Assembly (NCBI GenBank): GCA_964016885.1
Contig: OZ024742.1
Location: 53,816,001-53,880,000, forward strand
DNA: 64,000 bases
From: Eledone cirrhosa
Lineage: Eukaryota
Direction of reading: 5' to 3'
The notes under the pieces were generated by a model. It was not told the origin of the DNA. It did no database searches and saw only the letters and a list, made by a program, of their open reading frames with translations. Shown here piece by piece: positions 39,741 through 56,854 of the stretch. A program made the position numbers and the translations under genes. Every line of letters starts with the position of its first letter. The stretch's first letter is position 1.

Positions 39741-40178
39741 ATTCCTAAATACAATTTCATTATTCATTCATTTACATATCTCGTTAGATATTTCATGATT
39801 TGTGGTTTCTAAAGTTACTTATTTCTAAATTGAATTCCAGAATGATTCGGTGCGATGATTGATGTGAGAGAACATGTATCAAGATTAAATTGTGAATATA
39901 TATTCTGTGTGAAATAGCCGAAAGCAGGAAAAACTTGCGAGAGAACTAATGGGTTAAGCTAAAATAAATTCATTTATGTAAATAGAGATTGTTAAATCTC
40001 TTTCGAAAAACAGATAAAAATGTCATCTTGACAGCAATGAAGATGTAGAATTGGGAGTGTGGAAACACTAGTATTAAGCGGTAGATACGGCTAGGGTAAA
40101 CGGCAGCGATCCGAGGACAGAAGACAGCATATGCCCTAAAAGTGACCGGAAAAACAAAAAAACAAAAATCAAAATCAA

Positions 40179-40367
40179 ATAATTGTTTCTACTTTTGGCA
40201 CAAGGCCAGCAATTAACTCAGTGTATTACTGGTACTTTATTTTATCGACCCCCGTAAGGATGAAAGGCAAAGTTAACCTCGGCGTGATTTGAACTCAGAC
40301 CATAAAGGGCCGTAACTCTTTGCAGCAAAGCAGTGCGTCAGACTCTCTACCGATACTGCCAATCCAC
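40179..40367 (-). mobile_element. Meta-type SINE
   Basis: Reverse-complement consensus match. Confidence 0.88.
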
Positions 40368-40584
40368 GACGAACCAGTGCCGGATATTTAGTCATCTTTC
40401 ACTCCTTTGTGGCAGACAAGGTCACAAGTAGACTAAATGTCGCAATGGTGATTGGCACAGAGATGATATCAGACACAGCCTGGTATTTAATCATCTTTGG
40501 CTCCTCTGCTTTGTGGGCGTTAAATATAGTAATTGTTATTATCATTATAGATACATTGTTTAAAAACAATGACGTTATAGTTAA

Positions 40585-40585
<1 letters not shown>

Positions 40586-40615
<30 letters not shown>

Positions 40616-40720
40616 CTTCTTCTTCTTCTTCTTCTTCTTCTTCTTCTTCTTCTTCTTCTTCTTCTTCTTCTTCTTCTTCTTCTTCTTCTTCTTCTTCTTC
40701 TTCTTCTTCTTCTTCTTCTT
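40586..40720. repeat. (CTT)n microsatellite
   Basis: Direct reading. Confidence 0.97.
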
Positions 40721-40765
40721 GGGAGAGTAGTGGAAGCAGTGTCCTCAAGCACACCTTCCTCCAGG

Positions 40766-41347
40766 TTGGTTTTCGCTTATGTATCTTTTATATCTCCATA
40801 GTTAATTTATTTGGCAATCAATGTTTATCATTGACTGACCAACCTTTAAAAATACAGATATAAATATATATATATAGTCTAACAATGTTCTTTGGTTGCA
40901 CATCTGCAACATCATCAGTGGTACTATTATCATGTTCCCTCCTGTTGTATTATAATGTTTAGGCCATTTTTATTTTATCTATTCATTTATTTCCTCTTGT
41001 CCCCGTCTCTGCGCATGCGTTTGTGTGTGTGTATAATGTTTGGTGTGTGTGTTCGCGTTTGAGTGTATGTATTTTGGTTTTTGTATTCTATCTTTGTTTA
41101 CTCGTGTGTGTTTATATGTGTTTGTTGTTATTGTACTTGTCTATATATTTATTTATCCGACTTAAGGGTAATATAAATAAATAAATAAATAAATATATGC
41201 ACAAGTACAATAAAAACAAACACATATAAACACACACTAGTAAACAAAGATAGAATACAAAAACCAAAATACATACACTCAAACGCGAACACACACAAAC
41301 AACATTATACACACTCACAAACGCATGCGCAGAGACGGGGACAAGAA

Positions 41348-41402
<55 letters not shown>

Positions 41403-41672
41403 AATAAATAAAATAAGAATGGCGTAAACATTACAATAGGAACATGATAATAGTACCACTGCAACGAAAGAACTTTGTTAGACTATATATATATATTTAT
41501 ATCTGTATTTTTAACCGTTGGTTAGTCAATGATAAACATTGATTGCCAAATAAATTAACTATGGAGATATAAAAGATGCAGAAGCGAAAACCAACCAAAC
41601 AGTGAGTGTGTACTGTTATTATTTTTGGTCATATTATTACAACAATATGAGCCTCCCCAAGTATAACAATAT
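40766..41672. mobile_element. Inverted pair of family C PLE 3' ends (centre ~41162)
   Basis: 40766-41156 is the reverse complement of ~41170-41596 and is homologous to 4531-5040. A decayed HHR lies at ~40881-40922 (minus). Confidence 0.85.
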
Positions 41673-41692
41673 ATATATGTGTGTGTGTGTGC

Positions 41693-45750
<4,058 letters not shown>

Positions 45751-45854
45751 CAGCCATATACACTGAACCAGAACAATTTTCCCCATCCCATTTCTCTTGA
45801 CCATTATCTTTTGTTTGGCACAAATTCTCTAAAAGGCTACAAATAAATTCCCAA

Positions 45855-46340
45855 ATACGGGCGCGAAATTTAATGAACTTGTTCAAGTGACAGTCATAAT
45901 TTCATTTATAACCAATCAAGTTACATTTCAGCACATCAGTCATACTCAGAACAACTCTCTACATCCCTTTTTCTTGACCATTATCTTTTGTTTGGCACAA
46001 AATTCTCTAAATGGCTATAAAAAAATTCAAAAATACGGGCGCGAAATTTAATGTACTTGTTCACGTGACAGTCAATTTCATTTATAACCAATCAAATTAC
46101 ATTTATAAAAAAAAGGCTTCGTGAGCCTCTTTTTTTTAAGTAAGAAAAAATTCAAACACAAACTGGCGCGAAAGCTGATGTACTTATTCACGTGACTGCA
46201 TCAACCAACGAAACTTCACTCATATGTGATACAATAACCTGAGCACCCCCCCATTTTATTTGAAGAACTTTGTATCGCGAACTGGCGCGAATTATTATAC
46301 TTATTCACCGACCAATCAAAGAACTTCTATAAAAACCTGG
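45855..46340 (+). promoter_or_regulatory. Putative promoter: four repeated modules with E2F-like, E-box and CCAAT motifs, then TATAAAA
   Basis: GGCGCGAA(A) at 45860, 46038, 46165, 46284; TCACGTGAC at 46061, 46188; CCAAT at 45912, 46088, 46312; TATAAAA at 46328. Function is inferred only. Confidence 0.5.
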
Positions 46341-46428
46341 CATTTCGAGCCACTTTTCTCCATATAAAACAGAAGTAACATTCAAAGACCAACCAGATGT
46401 GACAAAACCACAGATCCTCTATCTCAAC

Positions 46429-46469
46429 TCTATTTTGAAAAGCAGAAGAACTGCGAAACCAGTAAAGGA
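46429..46469 (+). ncRNA. Minimal hammerhead, U3-A8 core (family E)
   Basis: UCU a UU-UUGAAAA-GCAG aagaa CUGC-GAAA-CCAG-UA-AAGGA, then AATAAA. Stem I needs a bulge. Confidence 0.68.
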
Positions 46470-46534
46470 ACCAAATAAATATATATATTTAAAATAAAAA
46501 AGACTCCAGTATCATTTTCGATTTCATCTTTTTT

Positions 46535-46610
<76 letters not shown>

Positions 46611-46613
<3 letters not shown>

Positions 46614-49600
46614 AACAAGTAAGACCCCGACGGCTGAGCTCAAGCCGTTTCGACGGCTGATTCTGTACTGAATGAAAATTTATTCTGGTATTTAAATAAG
46701 CTTATCAAGGAGTAATTCCATATATGGTCAAAGAGAAAATCACCAGGATTTGTCACATCACAAGTTAGTAGTAAATCTGTGATGGCAAATTGGTGGAGGA
46801 AGGGGTAGTTAAACCTGCCGGTAGGAGAAAAAGGGAGAGGGGGTGGAGTAGACCCATTCATGCGTTGGTAGTGCCAGCTACAGCTGGGCGTGAGGTCAAA
46901 GAGGATACTGGGGAGGGGGAGGGGGAGGAGGTCGAAACGGTAAGTAGAACAATGAAGGGTAAAACTATAAAAGATACTGAGAGAGAAAAAAAAAATAAGC
47001 AAAGTCTGGTTACTAAGACTTAAGTCTCTCGCTATTGCTAGGCTAAAGAAATACATAAATAAATAAATAAACAAATAAGTGAATAAAAGAATAGATAAAT
47101 AAATTAAAAAAAAAAAAAAAATATATATATATATAAAAAAAAAATATATATATAATGAAAAATAAAAAAATGAATAATAATAATAAAAATAAACTAGGTG
47201 GGACGGAAATAAAGGGACCCTTATACGAGGTATAAGTGCGTGTATCGTACGGTGACGGGTCAACAAGGGGGGGGGGGGCCAAAATACTAAAGAGACTACC
47301 ATGAAATAATAAAGGTTTCTACCCCAATCACAGGGCCAGCAACCACCCAGTGCAAGAAAGTAAACTAGTACGAGAATATAATTCAGAGTCCGGCAAAAAA
47401 ATACTAGTGCTAACTGTAAGGGTACCGCCACGAAAAAAAAAGTCATATACAAGCTACATGAAAGATCGTACGAAGTAAAAGTAAAGAACAGAAAATGAAT
47501 ACAGGAACACCCCCCTACCCCAAAAAAGGGGAAAAGAAGAAAGAAATACTGGATAAACGAGAAATTAAAGCAAAGATGCCACTAAGAAATATAGAAGGCT
47601 CGGAAAAAAGGGACAGCGGTCGGAGAAGAGGGCGAGTATCCGAAGTCTAACACCTCTGCTATAAAAAGCGGAGTCAGCCAAATCTATCATAGAATAGGGG
47701 AGGGGGGTGGGGGTGCTGAAGCTACAAGGGACCGATGGGCTACCTCGGGTGGGCGAGAAAAAGACGACGACAAAGAAAAGGAACTGGGGTAGAAGGACTA
47801 GGGAGGGATGGGGGCAGGAGGAAATATAGAGGAAGCGATAAAAGAATGTAAAAGAAGATCTTACGTCTCCATTGGCAAGCAGGGGTTACCCATTACAAAA
47901 TAGGCAAGTGGGGTGTTATAGCCCTAGTCTACCCCCCCCCGGGTCATTACGGGGTTTGGGGGCGAGGTAAGTCCTACGTAATCGGTGTTTACATGCAGTA
48001 ACCAGTTCATCTTTCTTGTTTAGGAGTTGGTCCGTCGAAAACAGCATTTGTAATGTTTCCTCCGAGCATAAATTGCACGGACGGCGTCCTCCCGTGTAAG
48101 AGTTGGCTCTGGACAGTAATTTCCAAGTGAGATCATAGTTGATGTTGTTGTGCTTGAGGCCCCATATGTGGCCTGAAAGTGTAGTGGCGTGACGCCGGGT
48201 CGGGTTTTGGAAGGTATGTCTGTGTTGGTATAGCCGGGTCTTGAAGTCGCATGCGGTTAATCCTATATAAGCTTTGTTGGAGGTGTCCGTGCTCACGTTG
48301 CACTGGTAGATCACATTACGGTCTCTGCATCTGTTGTCGAGGGGGCAATTGGATCTATCAGGACAGTTGCACCTCCTGGTCGGCTCTCCACTGCTATTTA
48401 GGTTGTTTCTTCCATCGGGGTTGAGTTTTTTTGTTGTTGGAGGAGACGATGTTTTGTGCGAAGTTAGGTGTAGTGCTGTAAGAGAGTTTGATGGTATTTG
48501 TTAATTATGTTGTGGTAGCGGTATTGTGGTGGGAAGTGCTTTTCAATGAGCCTAAAGAAAATTTTCCCGATGGGAGTTGTCACCTCGGCGTTGTGGGGAG
48601 GATTGAACCATGTTACATTGCGTGAGCGGCGGTGTCGCCTGCTGGTTCCGCTAATGGGAGCTGGACAGTAGGATATTTCCCCCCGGAAACCACTCCGCTT
48701 GAGGGCCTGGTTGTAGTAAGGCGCATGTTCATCGAATATCTTCTGATTATCTGACAAACGGGATATACGGAGGGAGATGTTTTTGACCAGGTTGTTGGTG
48801 ATGTTCCTAGGATGGTTAGATCGGCGGTGGATGTAGTGCAGGTTGTCATTGGGTTTCCTGAATGGGTAGTACAGGTCATTATTGAGATCGAGGGTAACGT
48901 CCAGGAAATTAACTCGGGTCAGGGACGTTTGTAGGGTTATTTTAAATCCCCAGTCGCGGAAGAAGCTGATTAATTGTTTACGGACCCGATCTGTACTACT
49001 GGGGTTGTATCATCACGGTACAATCCACCACCGAAAGCAGGAAACATATCGGTGAGTTTGGCTATAAGGAATAATCCTATAAGATTTGTGACATCCCCCG
49101 AATCTGTAGCGCCCATGCTGACGTCGAAGGGTGAGTCAGGAGCTCTTTTTCGGGCCACATATGGGACCTCAAGGACAACAACATCAACTATGATCAACTA
49201 TGATCTCACTTGGAAATTACTGTCAAGAGCCAACTCTTACACCGGAGAACGCCGTCCGTGCAATTTATGCTCGGAGGAAACATTACAAATGCTGTTTTCG
49301 ACGGACCAACTCCTAAACAAGAAAGATGAACTGGTTACTGCATGTAAACACCGATTACATAGGACTTACCTCGCCCTCAAACCCCATAATGACCCCCCCG
49401 GGGGGGGGGGGGGGGGGTAGACTAAGGCTATAACACCCCACTTGCCTATTTTGTAATGGGTAACCCCTGCTTGCCAATGGAGACGTAAGATCTTCTTTTA
49501 CATTCTTTTATCGCACCTCTATATTTCCTCCTTCCCCCATCCCTCCCTAGTCCTTCTACCCCAGTTCCTTTACTTTGTCGTCGTCTTTTTCTCGCCCACC

Positions 49601-50786
49601 CGAGGTAGCCCATCGGTCCCTTGTAGCTTCAGCACCCCCACCCCCCCCCCTATTCTATGATAGATTTGGCTGACTCCGCTTTTTATAGCAGAGGTGTTAG
49701 ACTTCGGATACTCGCCCCTTTCTCCGACCGCTGTCCCTTTTTTCCGTGCCTTCTATATTTCTTAGTGGCATCTTTGCTTTAATTTCTCGTTTATCCAGTA
49801 TTTCTTTCTTCTTTTTTCCTTTTTTTTTTGGGGGGGGGGTGTGTGTTCCTGTATTAATTTTCCGTTCTTTACTTTTATTTCGTACGATCTTTCCTGTAGC
49901 TTGTATAAGACTTTTTGTTTCGTGGCGGTACCCTTACAGTTAGCACTAGTATTTTTTTGCCGGACCCTGAATTATATTCTCGTACTAGTTTACTTTCTTG
50001 CACCGGTTGGTTTCTGGCCCTGTGATTGTATTTAGTATTTTGGCCCCCCCCCCCTTTGTTGACCCGTCACCGTACGATACACGCACTTATACCTCGTATA
50101 AGGGTCCCTTTATTTCCGTCCCACCTAGTTTATTTTTATTATTATTATTTATTTTTTCATTCTTCATTATATATATATATATATTTTTTATATATATATA
50201 TTTTTTAAAAATTTATTTATCTATTCTTTTATTCACTTATTTGTTTATTTATTTATTTATGTATTTCTTTAGCCTAGCAAAAGCGAGAGACTTAAGTCTT
50301 AGTAACCAGACTTTGCTTATTTTCTTTTTCTCTCTCAGTACCTTTTATAGTTTTACCCTTCATTGTTCTACTTACCATTTCGACTTCCTCCCCCTCCCCC
50401 TCCCCAGCATCCTCTCTGACCTAACGCCCAGCTGTAGCTGGCACTACCAACGCATGAATGAGTCTACTCCATCCCCCTCCCTTTTTCTCCTACCGGCAGG
50501 TTTAGCTACCCCTTCCTCCACCAATTTGCCATCACAGATTTACTACTAACTTGTGATGTGACCAATCCTGGTGATTATCTCTTTGACCATATATGGAATT
50601 ACCCCTTGATAAGCTCGGCTATTTAAATACCAGAATAAATTTTCATTCAGTACAGAATTAGCCGTCGAAACGGCTTGAGCTCAGCCGTCGGGGTCTTACT
50701 TGTTCCTATTACGCACTCTACTACCCTAAGTATTGAGTACTTTGGTGCGTCATGGTCCACCTGGTTCCTTACCACATTTCCTTCGT

Positions 50787-50787
<1 letters not shown>
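46611..50787. mobile_element. PLE (possibly Hydra-clade) with ~1.55 kb inverted arms: minus 46611-49152 (RT, GIY-YIG, 3' region) and plus 49153-50787
   Basis: 'FDVSMGATD..GGLYRDD', 'WFNPP', 'IYQC..YIGLT..FKTRL..H..CNLC..E..LNKKDE..CKH'. Arms ~46611-48173 and ~49153-50709; (TA)n at both outer ends. Confidence 0.93.
50601..50694 (+). ncRNA. Type I hammerhead, U3-A8 core, stable stem III (family D; mirror copy 46624-46713 minus with stem II deletion)
   Basis: ACCCC-UUGAUAA-G cu CGGCUA..UAGCCG u C-GAAA-CGGCU ugagcuc AGCCG-UC-GGGGU. Confidence 0.85.
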
Positions 50788-50818
<31 letters not shown>

Positions 50819-50922
50819 TTCTATTTAAATTGTTGGGATACAACAAGCAAATATTTTTATAACTGATATAAAGCACTCAACAAATATTAACAAATGGAAA
50901 CTATATTTACAAAACCATATTT

Positions 50923-50985
50923 ATTTCATTATACATATTTCGAGGACACCAAGTTAAATTATGGTGTGCTTTCATCAGATAAAAT
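50923..50985 (-). ncRNA. Minimal type I hammerhead, canonical core
   Basis: AUUUUAU-CUGAUGA-aagc ACACCA..UGGUGU ccuc-GAAA-UAUGUA-UA-AUGAAAU. Confidence 0.8.
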
Positions 50986-51864
50986 ATAATATAGATCAGT
51001 TTTATAAATAAATATTGACATACCCTTAAAAAATGCAACCATTACTGTTGGAAGCTCCAGGATAGTGGAGTTATTTAATTATATTATTATTAGTATTGGA
51101 TATTTTTACAGAGAAAGAAAAAGATAAAGAAGGAGAGAGAGAAAAAGAGAGAGAGAGAGAGAGAGGGAGAAAAGAGAGAGAGAGACCAAAACAACAGAGA
51201 GAGAAAGATATATAGAGAGAGAGGAGACAGAGAGAAGGGTTGAGAACGAAAAACTCATATCTTGTTGAGTTAACTTAACAATTGAGATGAAATGAATAAA
51301 TAAAATTAGAAATGTTAATAATCATGAATGGAATATACATATATAATATGAGAAATTAACCATTGTTTAAATATGATTAGATGTTTAGTTAATCATTTAA
51401 AAATTGAGATCAATATATTAAAAATTGGGATCTATACATTAAGAAATCCATATATTACTAGAGAACTACATATCATATAACACGTATACACACGCAAAAA
51501 TACATATAAATATATATACACACTTATAAAATACATTTATTATATATACTGGTGCATATATATATTTTGTCTGTGGTTAATGTTTTGTCTGTCAAATATA
51601 AATTCATAAATATTTACATGAATAAGTTACTGCTGCTTTTCACTGTAAAACGTTGGATGTTTCCTGCTATTTCAATGTAAAAGGTTGGATGTTTACTATG
51701 ATTCAACACTTGTCCTTTGAATGGTTGAGCAGATCTTTTCAGATTTAGAGGTTGATGGACTGTCAGAATCGTTAGGACCACGGAAAAAATGCAAAATGCT
51801 TTGCGGTGTATAGTTGCAGATCACTATGCACTGACACACACACTCTCTCTCACACACACAAATA

Positions 51865-51978
<114 letters not shown>

Positions 51979-53001
51979 TGTGTGTGCATGAGGTTATGGG
52001 AACAACAGAGAAAGTTTGAGAATGGCTGAGAAAAAGTATGGCTGTCCAAAATAGTTTTGGTTAAGAAAATATTCAATTTTCTAAACAATATAACAATACT
52101 CACGACCAAATATAACCAAATGCACTAAAAGTTTGTTACATTCAAAAGTTCTGCGATGGTGTTTTAGATATTACATAGATAGTTATCAAATGATACAAAT
52201 AGTTTTAACGTTGATGGAAATTCTAAAGTACGCAATAGTTTGTGAAATATTTTAATAATTACATCTTGTGGTGTAGTCGTTAATACTGGAGCGGCTGCTA
52301 AGGTTTAAAATGATGATGAAGGCGAGGTTGGCAAATCCCACGACATTGATCAATGAAGGTAATATTGCCGAAAACCATATTCGGAAAAAAAATGACACCT
52401 ATTAATAATGAATATTCCTTTGTTTTTCAACAATATTGTATACAAAGACGGCGGGATGTGATGTATCATTTTAACATTCACAATAATTATCTACAGGGAT
52501 TTACATTTGCATCTTATTAAAGATAGATTGGATATCACCTGTAACGAATATAACCAAAATCAATACTTATAAATAAATAAATAAGTGAAGCTGCTGTTAA
52601 CCCTAATATACGAGATGCATATCTATAATTATTCTATTGATTTCCTATTTTCTTTGAACAAAATTATACAATATAGGATAATTTTCACTAAAATTCCTTC
52701 CGGCATCTTCCATTATCTTTTATAAATATCGGACTCTTTCAGAAGTATTCTTGCTTCACAATTATTAAATATGTTCATAATCTAGTTAATTAATGCCTGT
52801 ATATAATAGACATTGCGTTAAACAATCTTCGATAAAAAAGGAAGAATTTTAGGAATCATGCACATTGTTCAAACATATATTTTTATTCAGATATATAAGC
52901 AGCGACTAATATCAAATTTACCCGGAAATAAAAACTAAAACCATACATTATATAATACATTCACTATGTATATGTATAACCTTCAATTTTACTTATATAT
53001 A

Positions 53002-53593
<592 letters not shown>

Positions 53594-54787
53594 TATATAT
53601 ATATGTATGTGTGTGTGTGTGAAGATATTTCTATATTAAATAATGATGTTACACAAACTAACCCCCCCCCCCACACATATATATATATATATATATATAT
53701 TATTAATCAACCATAATTAAATTATCAGCAAAAGAATGGGAAAAATGAAAACATCTTTTATTTCATTTTTACAAAAAGTACTTTACGCCCTCGTTTTGAA
53801 AATATCTACATAACAACAGGAATGAAAACAATAACTACAATAAACAGGGAAATATTAAAGCTCAGAGAAATAATAACAGGAGGACTAAAAATAAATGGAA
53901 AACATAAGAAAACGTGGATTATGTTTCGACGCTTATATAATGTAATCGCTTATTTATATTTTCGTTTTCTTGATTTATAAAGGATGTACATTATATTGCT
54001 CTTATTTGATAATTTTATATATTTACAGATTACAAAAGAAAGTAGTACGTTAGTATATAATTCTTATCAGGTGTTTTGTTAGAAAACAGATTTAATCTGT
54101 AAATACTTTTAAAACCCTCAAACGCATTTTCTGTTGTATCGTATGGATTTTATCATTGGCCATTAAGCATTTAGCAAAAACAAACATTTGTGTATAAAAC
54201 AAGATATATAAAAAAAGAAGTATCTTAAATATGTTTAGAAATAAAGTTTGTGTTTGTTCTAAGGAATGTTTGAATACTTATTTTACATTCAGACATTTCT
54301 ATCCACAATGAAGTAGACAGTATTAATCTTTTTTTTCTTCTTTACAACAGATGTGCTAAAGATTTAATTTGAAAAGTAAGAATACACAAAATGATATTAT
54401 AAATCGATGCATAAACACGGTCAGACAATCAATTACCTACAATCTTTGTATGTAAACATGAGTTGTTTAAATTTTTGTGGCTCAGCAGTTATCATCTTTA
54501 GACATATAAGAGCGGAGCCACATATTTAAAAATCCATATATTTATCTATCTATGAGTAGTCGCAAATAATCCATATTGATTTATAGAATTTACTCTTGGC
54601 GTAAAAAATGATGGGAGGGATACACGCTTGGTAAACGTAATAAAATGAATGTGTAGTTGTTTTATTTGCTACATATGCCCAGATGTTACGCCAATTTCTC
54701 ACATAAAACCGAGGCCACCTACCCTTAAAAAAAAGTTATAAATGTCTAGAAATTTCATAACGAATTTCAACAATGACCTAAACACAG

Positions 54788-54851
<64 letters not shown>

Positions 54852-55436
54852 CTTAAAATGGAGTGAGAATAAGGAGAAAGCAAGAAGGGGGGGGGGGGGC
54901 TCATCAGTTGTCTACTGGGGGTCTCGGATATTTCCACGCTTTAAAGACAAGATATCTACCGCCCAGAGCGTTCAATAACTGGGTAAGTTATTGGGAAAAC
55001 GGAGGAGGGAGGGAAGGGAAATAGAAGGGAAAAGGGAAGAAAAGAGAAAACAGATATATAATAAAATTATATATATGCGCTGGATCGCGCGGTTAATCCA
55101 TTGGGATTGACCCTAACCCTAACCCCTAGGCTTTGTCATGGCATTCTTCTAGGAGAAGGCAACTCGGGAAACTGGGATAACTCCTACATAAAATCTGCGG
55201 CTCAGTAGTTACCGATGATGTTGATCTTTTCTTCTTTTCGGGTTACAGCTACTGTCGCTCAGAGAGTGGGATTGGCTCAGTGCACAGTCTTTCCTCACTT
55301 AAAATAAAATCTTCACGCATAGGCATTGCACGATAGAATTAATTGATAATTATTAATAATGGTATATCGTGTAATGGCCATACTCGAAAACGTGGGGGCA
55401 TCCATTATATATATATATATATGTATAATGGATATA

Positions 55437-55697
55437 TATTGCTATACTTTGGGAGGGTCATGTTGCCAATAAGAAACAAACGCACCAGTTGCTTTCACTC
55501 CAATTTATTATAAATTAAATTTATAAATTTAAGAATTTATAAATTTCCGGTTGGTTGGTTGGTTCCACAACCGGACGGTTGTTCATATATTGTCAAAGTT
55601 CTTTCGTCACACATTCTGCGACCTTCAGTGACTGGATTCTTTTCTTTGTCTGTGCCTCTCCTTTGTTCTGTCCTACGCCATCTTGTTTTTGTGTGTG
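55437..55697 (-). mobile_element. Family C PLE 3' stub with a partly deleted HHR core
   Basis: Homologous to 3130-3397. Confidence 0.82.
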
Positions 55698-55800
55698 AAC
55701 ACAATATTAATGTCTTACGTCTTTTAATATCTTACGTCTTGAATTAATATCTTACGTCTTTATGACCCCCCTGACCTGGTATCTCACCACATCTTCCTTG

Positions 55801-55838
<38 letters not shown>

Positions 55839-56066
55839 CATTATTAATTCATTATAATACATTGTTTCATTGTCTACATGCATATACACGTCTCGCACCT
55901 GTATAGAAACGGTTGTAGAGATTAAAGATGGGATTTGATCAAAACACCTTGGTTTCTTCAAAAACATACATGCATACATATATATATCTATACATACACA
56001 CGCATAAACATATCTATACATACACACGCATAAACATATACACACATGCATATATAAATATGTGTA

Positions 56067-56099
<33 letters not shown>

Positions 56100-56217
56100 T
56101 TTATATGTGTATGTATATATGTACCCCTAATACTTTACATCGCCTTAACTTGATAGTAAGCACATCTATAATATACCAAAACTATCCATGGAACCAAACA
56201 AACGTAGTTCATGAACC

Positions 56218-56253
<36 letters not shown>

Positions 56254-56342
56254 GGAAAAATTTGAACAGGGACAAAACAGAGAGGCAGTACAACGAATGT
56301 TTATTAATTTCACGCTCTGGAGAGTGGGGTGTTGGTGGGGGA

Positions 56343-56397
<55 letters not shown>

Positions 56398-56704
56398 TAT
56401 ACATACTTGTAGGCCATTGAAACCCGTTTTGTTTTTTTACAGCATTAAAAGAATATTCCGAGTCCGAGCGTCTGTTGTTTTAAAAAAAAATTATTTATCC
56501 CCGATCCTGCACCACATCTATGATGGATGATTTGCCTAATGTCGACTGCTTTAACTAATTACATCACGATCTGCTAACCGGAATGACGAAATCTACCCAT
56601 TGGTAAACCACACAATATAAATGGAATACACACACGCACATAGATACACAACCACACACACACACACACACCCACACACACGCGCACACACACACACGCA
56701 CACG

Positions 56705-56854
<150 letters not shown>

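Noticed and set aside
54351-54375. Possible 25 nt exon (pyrimidine tract-CAG ... GTAAG)
   Set aside because: No linked exons or protein similarity visible; such signals arise by chance in AT-rich DNA. RNA-seq would be needed.
55110-55128. ccctaa telomere-like repeats
   Set aside because: Only about two units, too short to call interstitial telomeric sequence.
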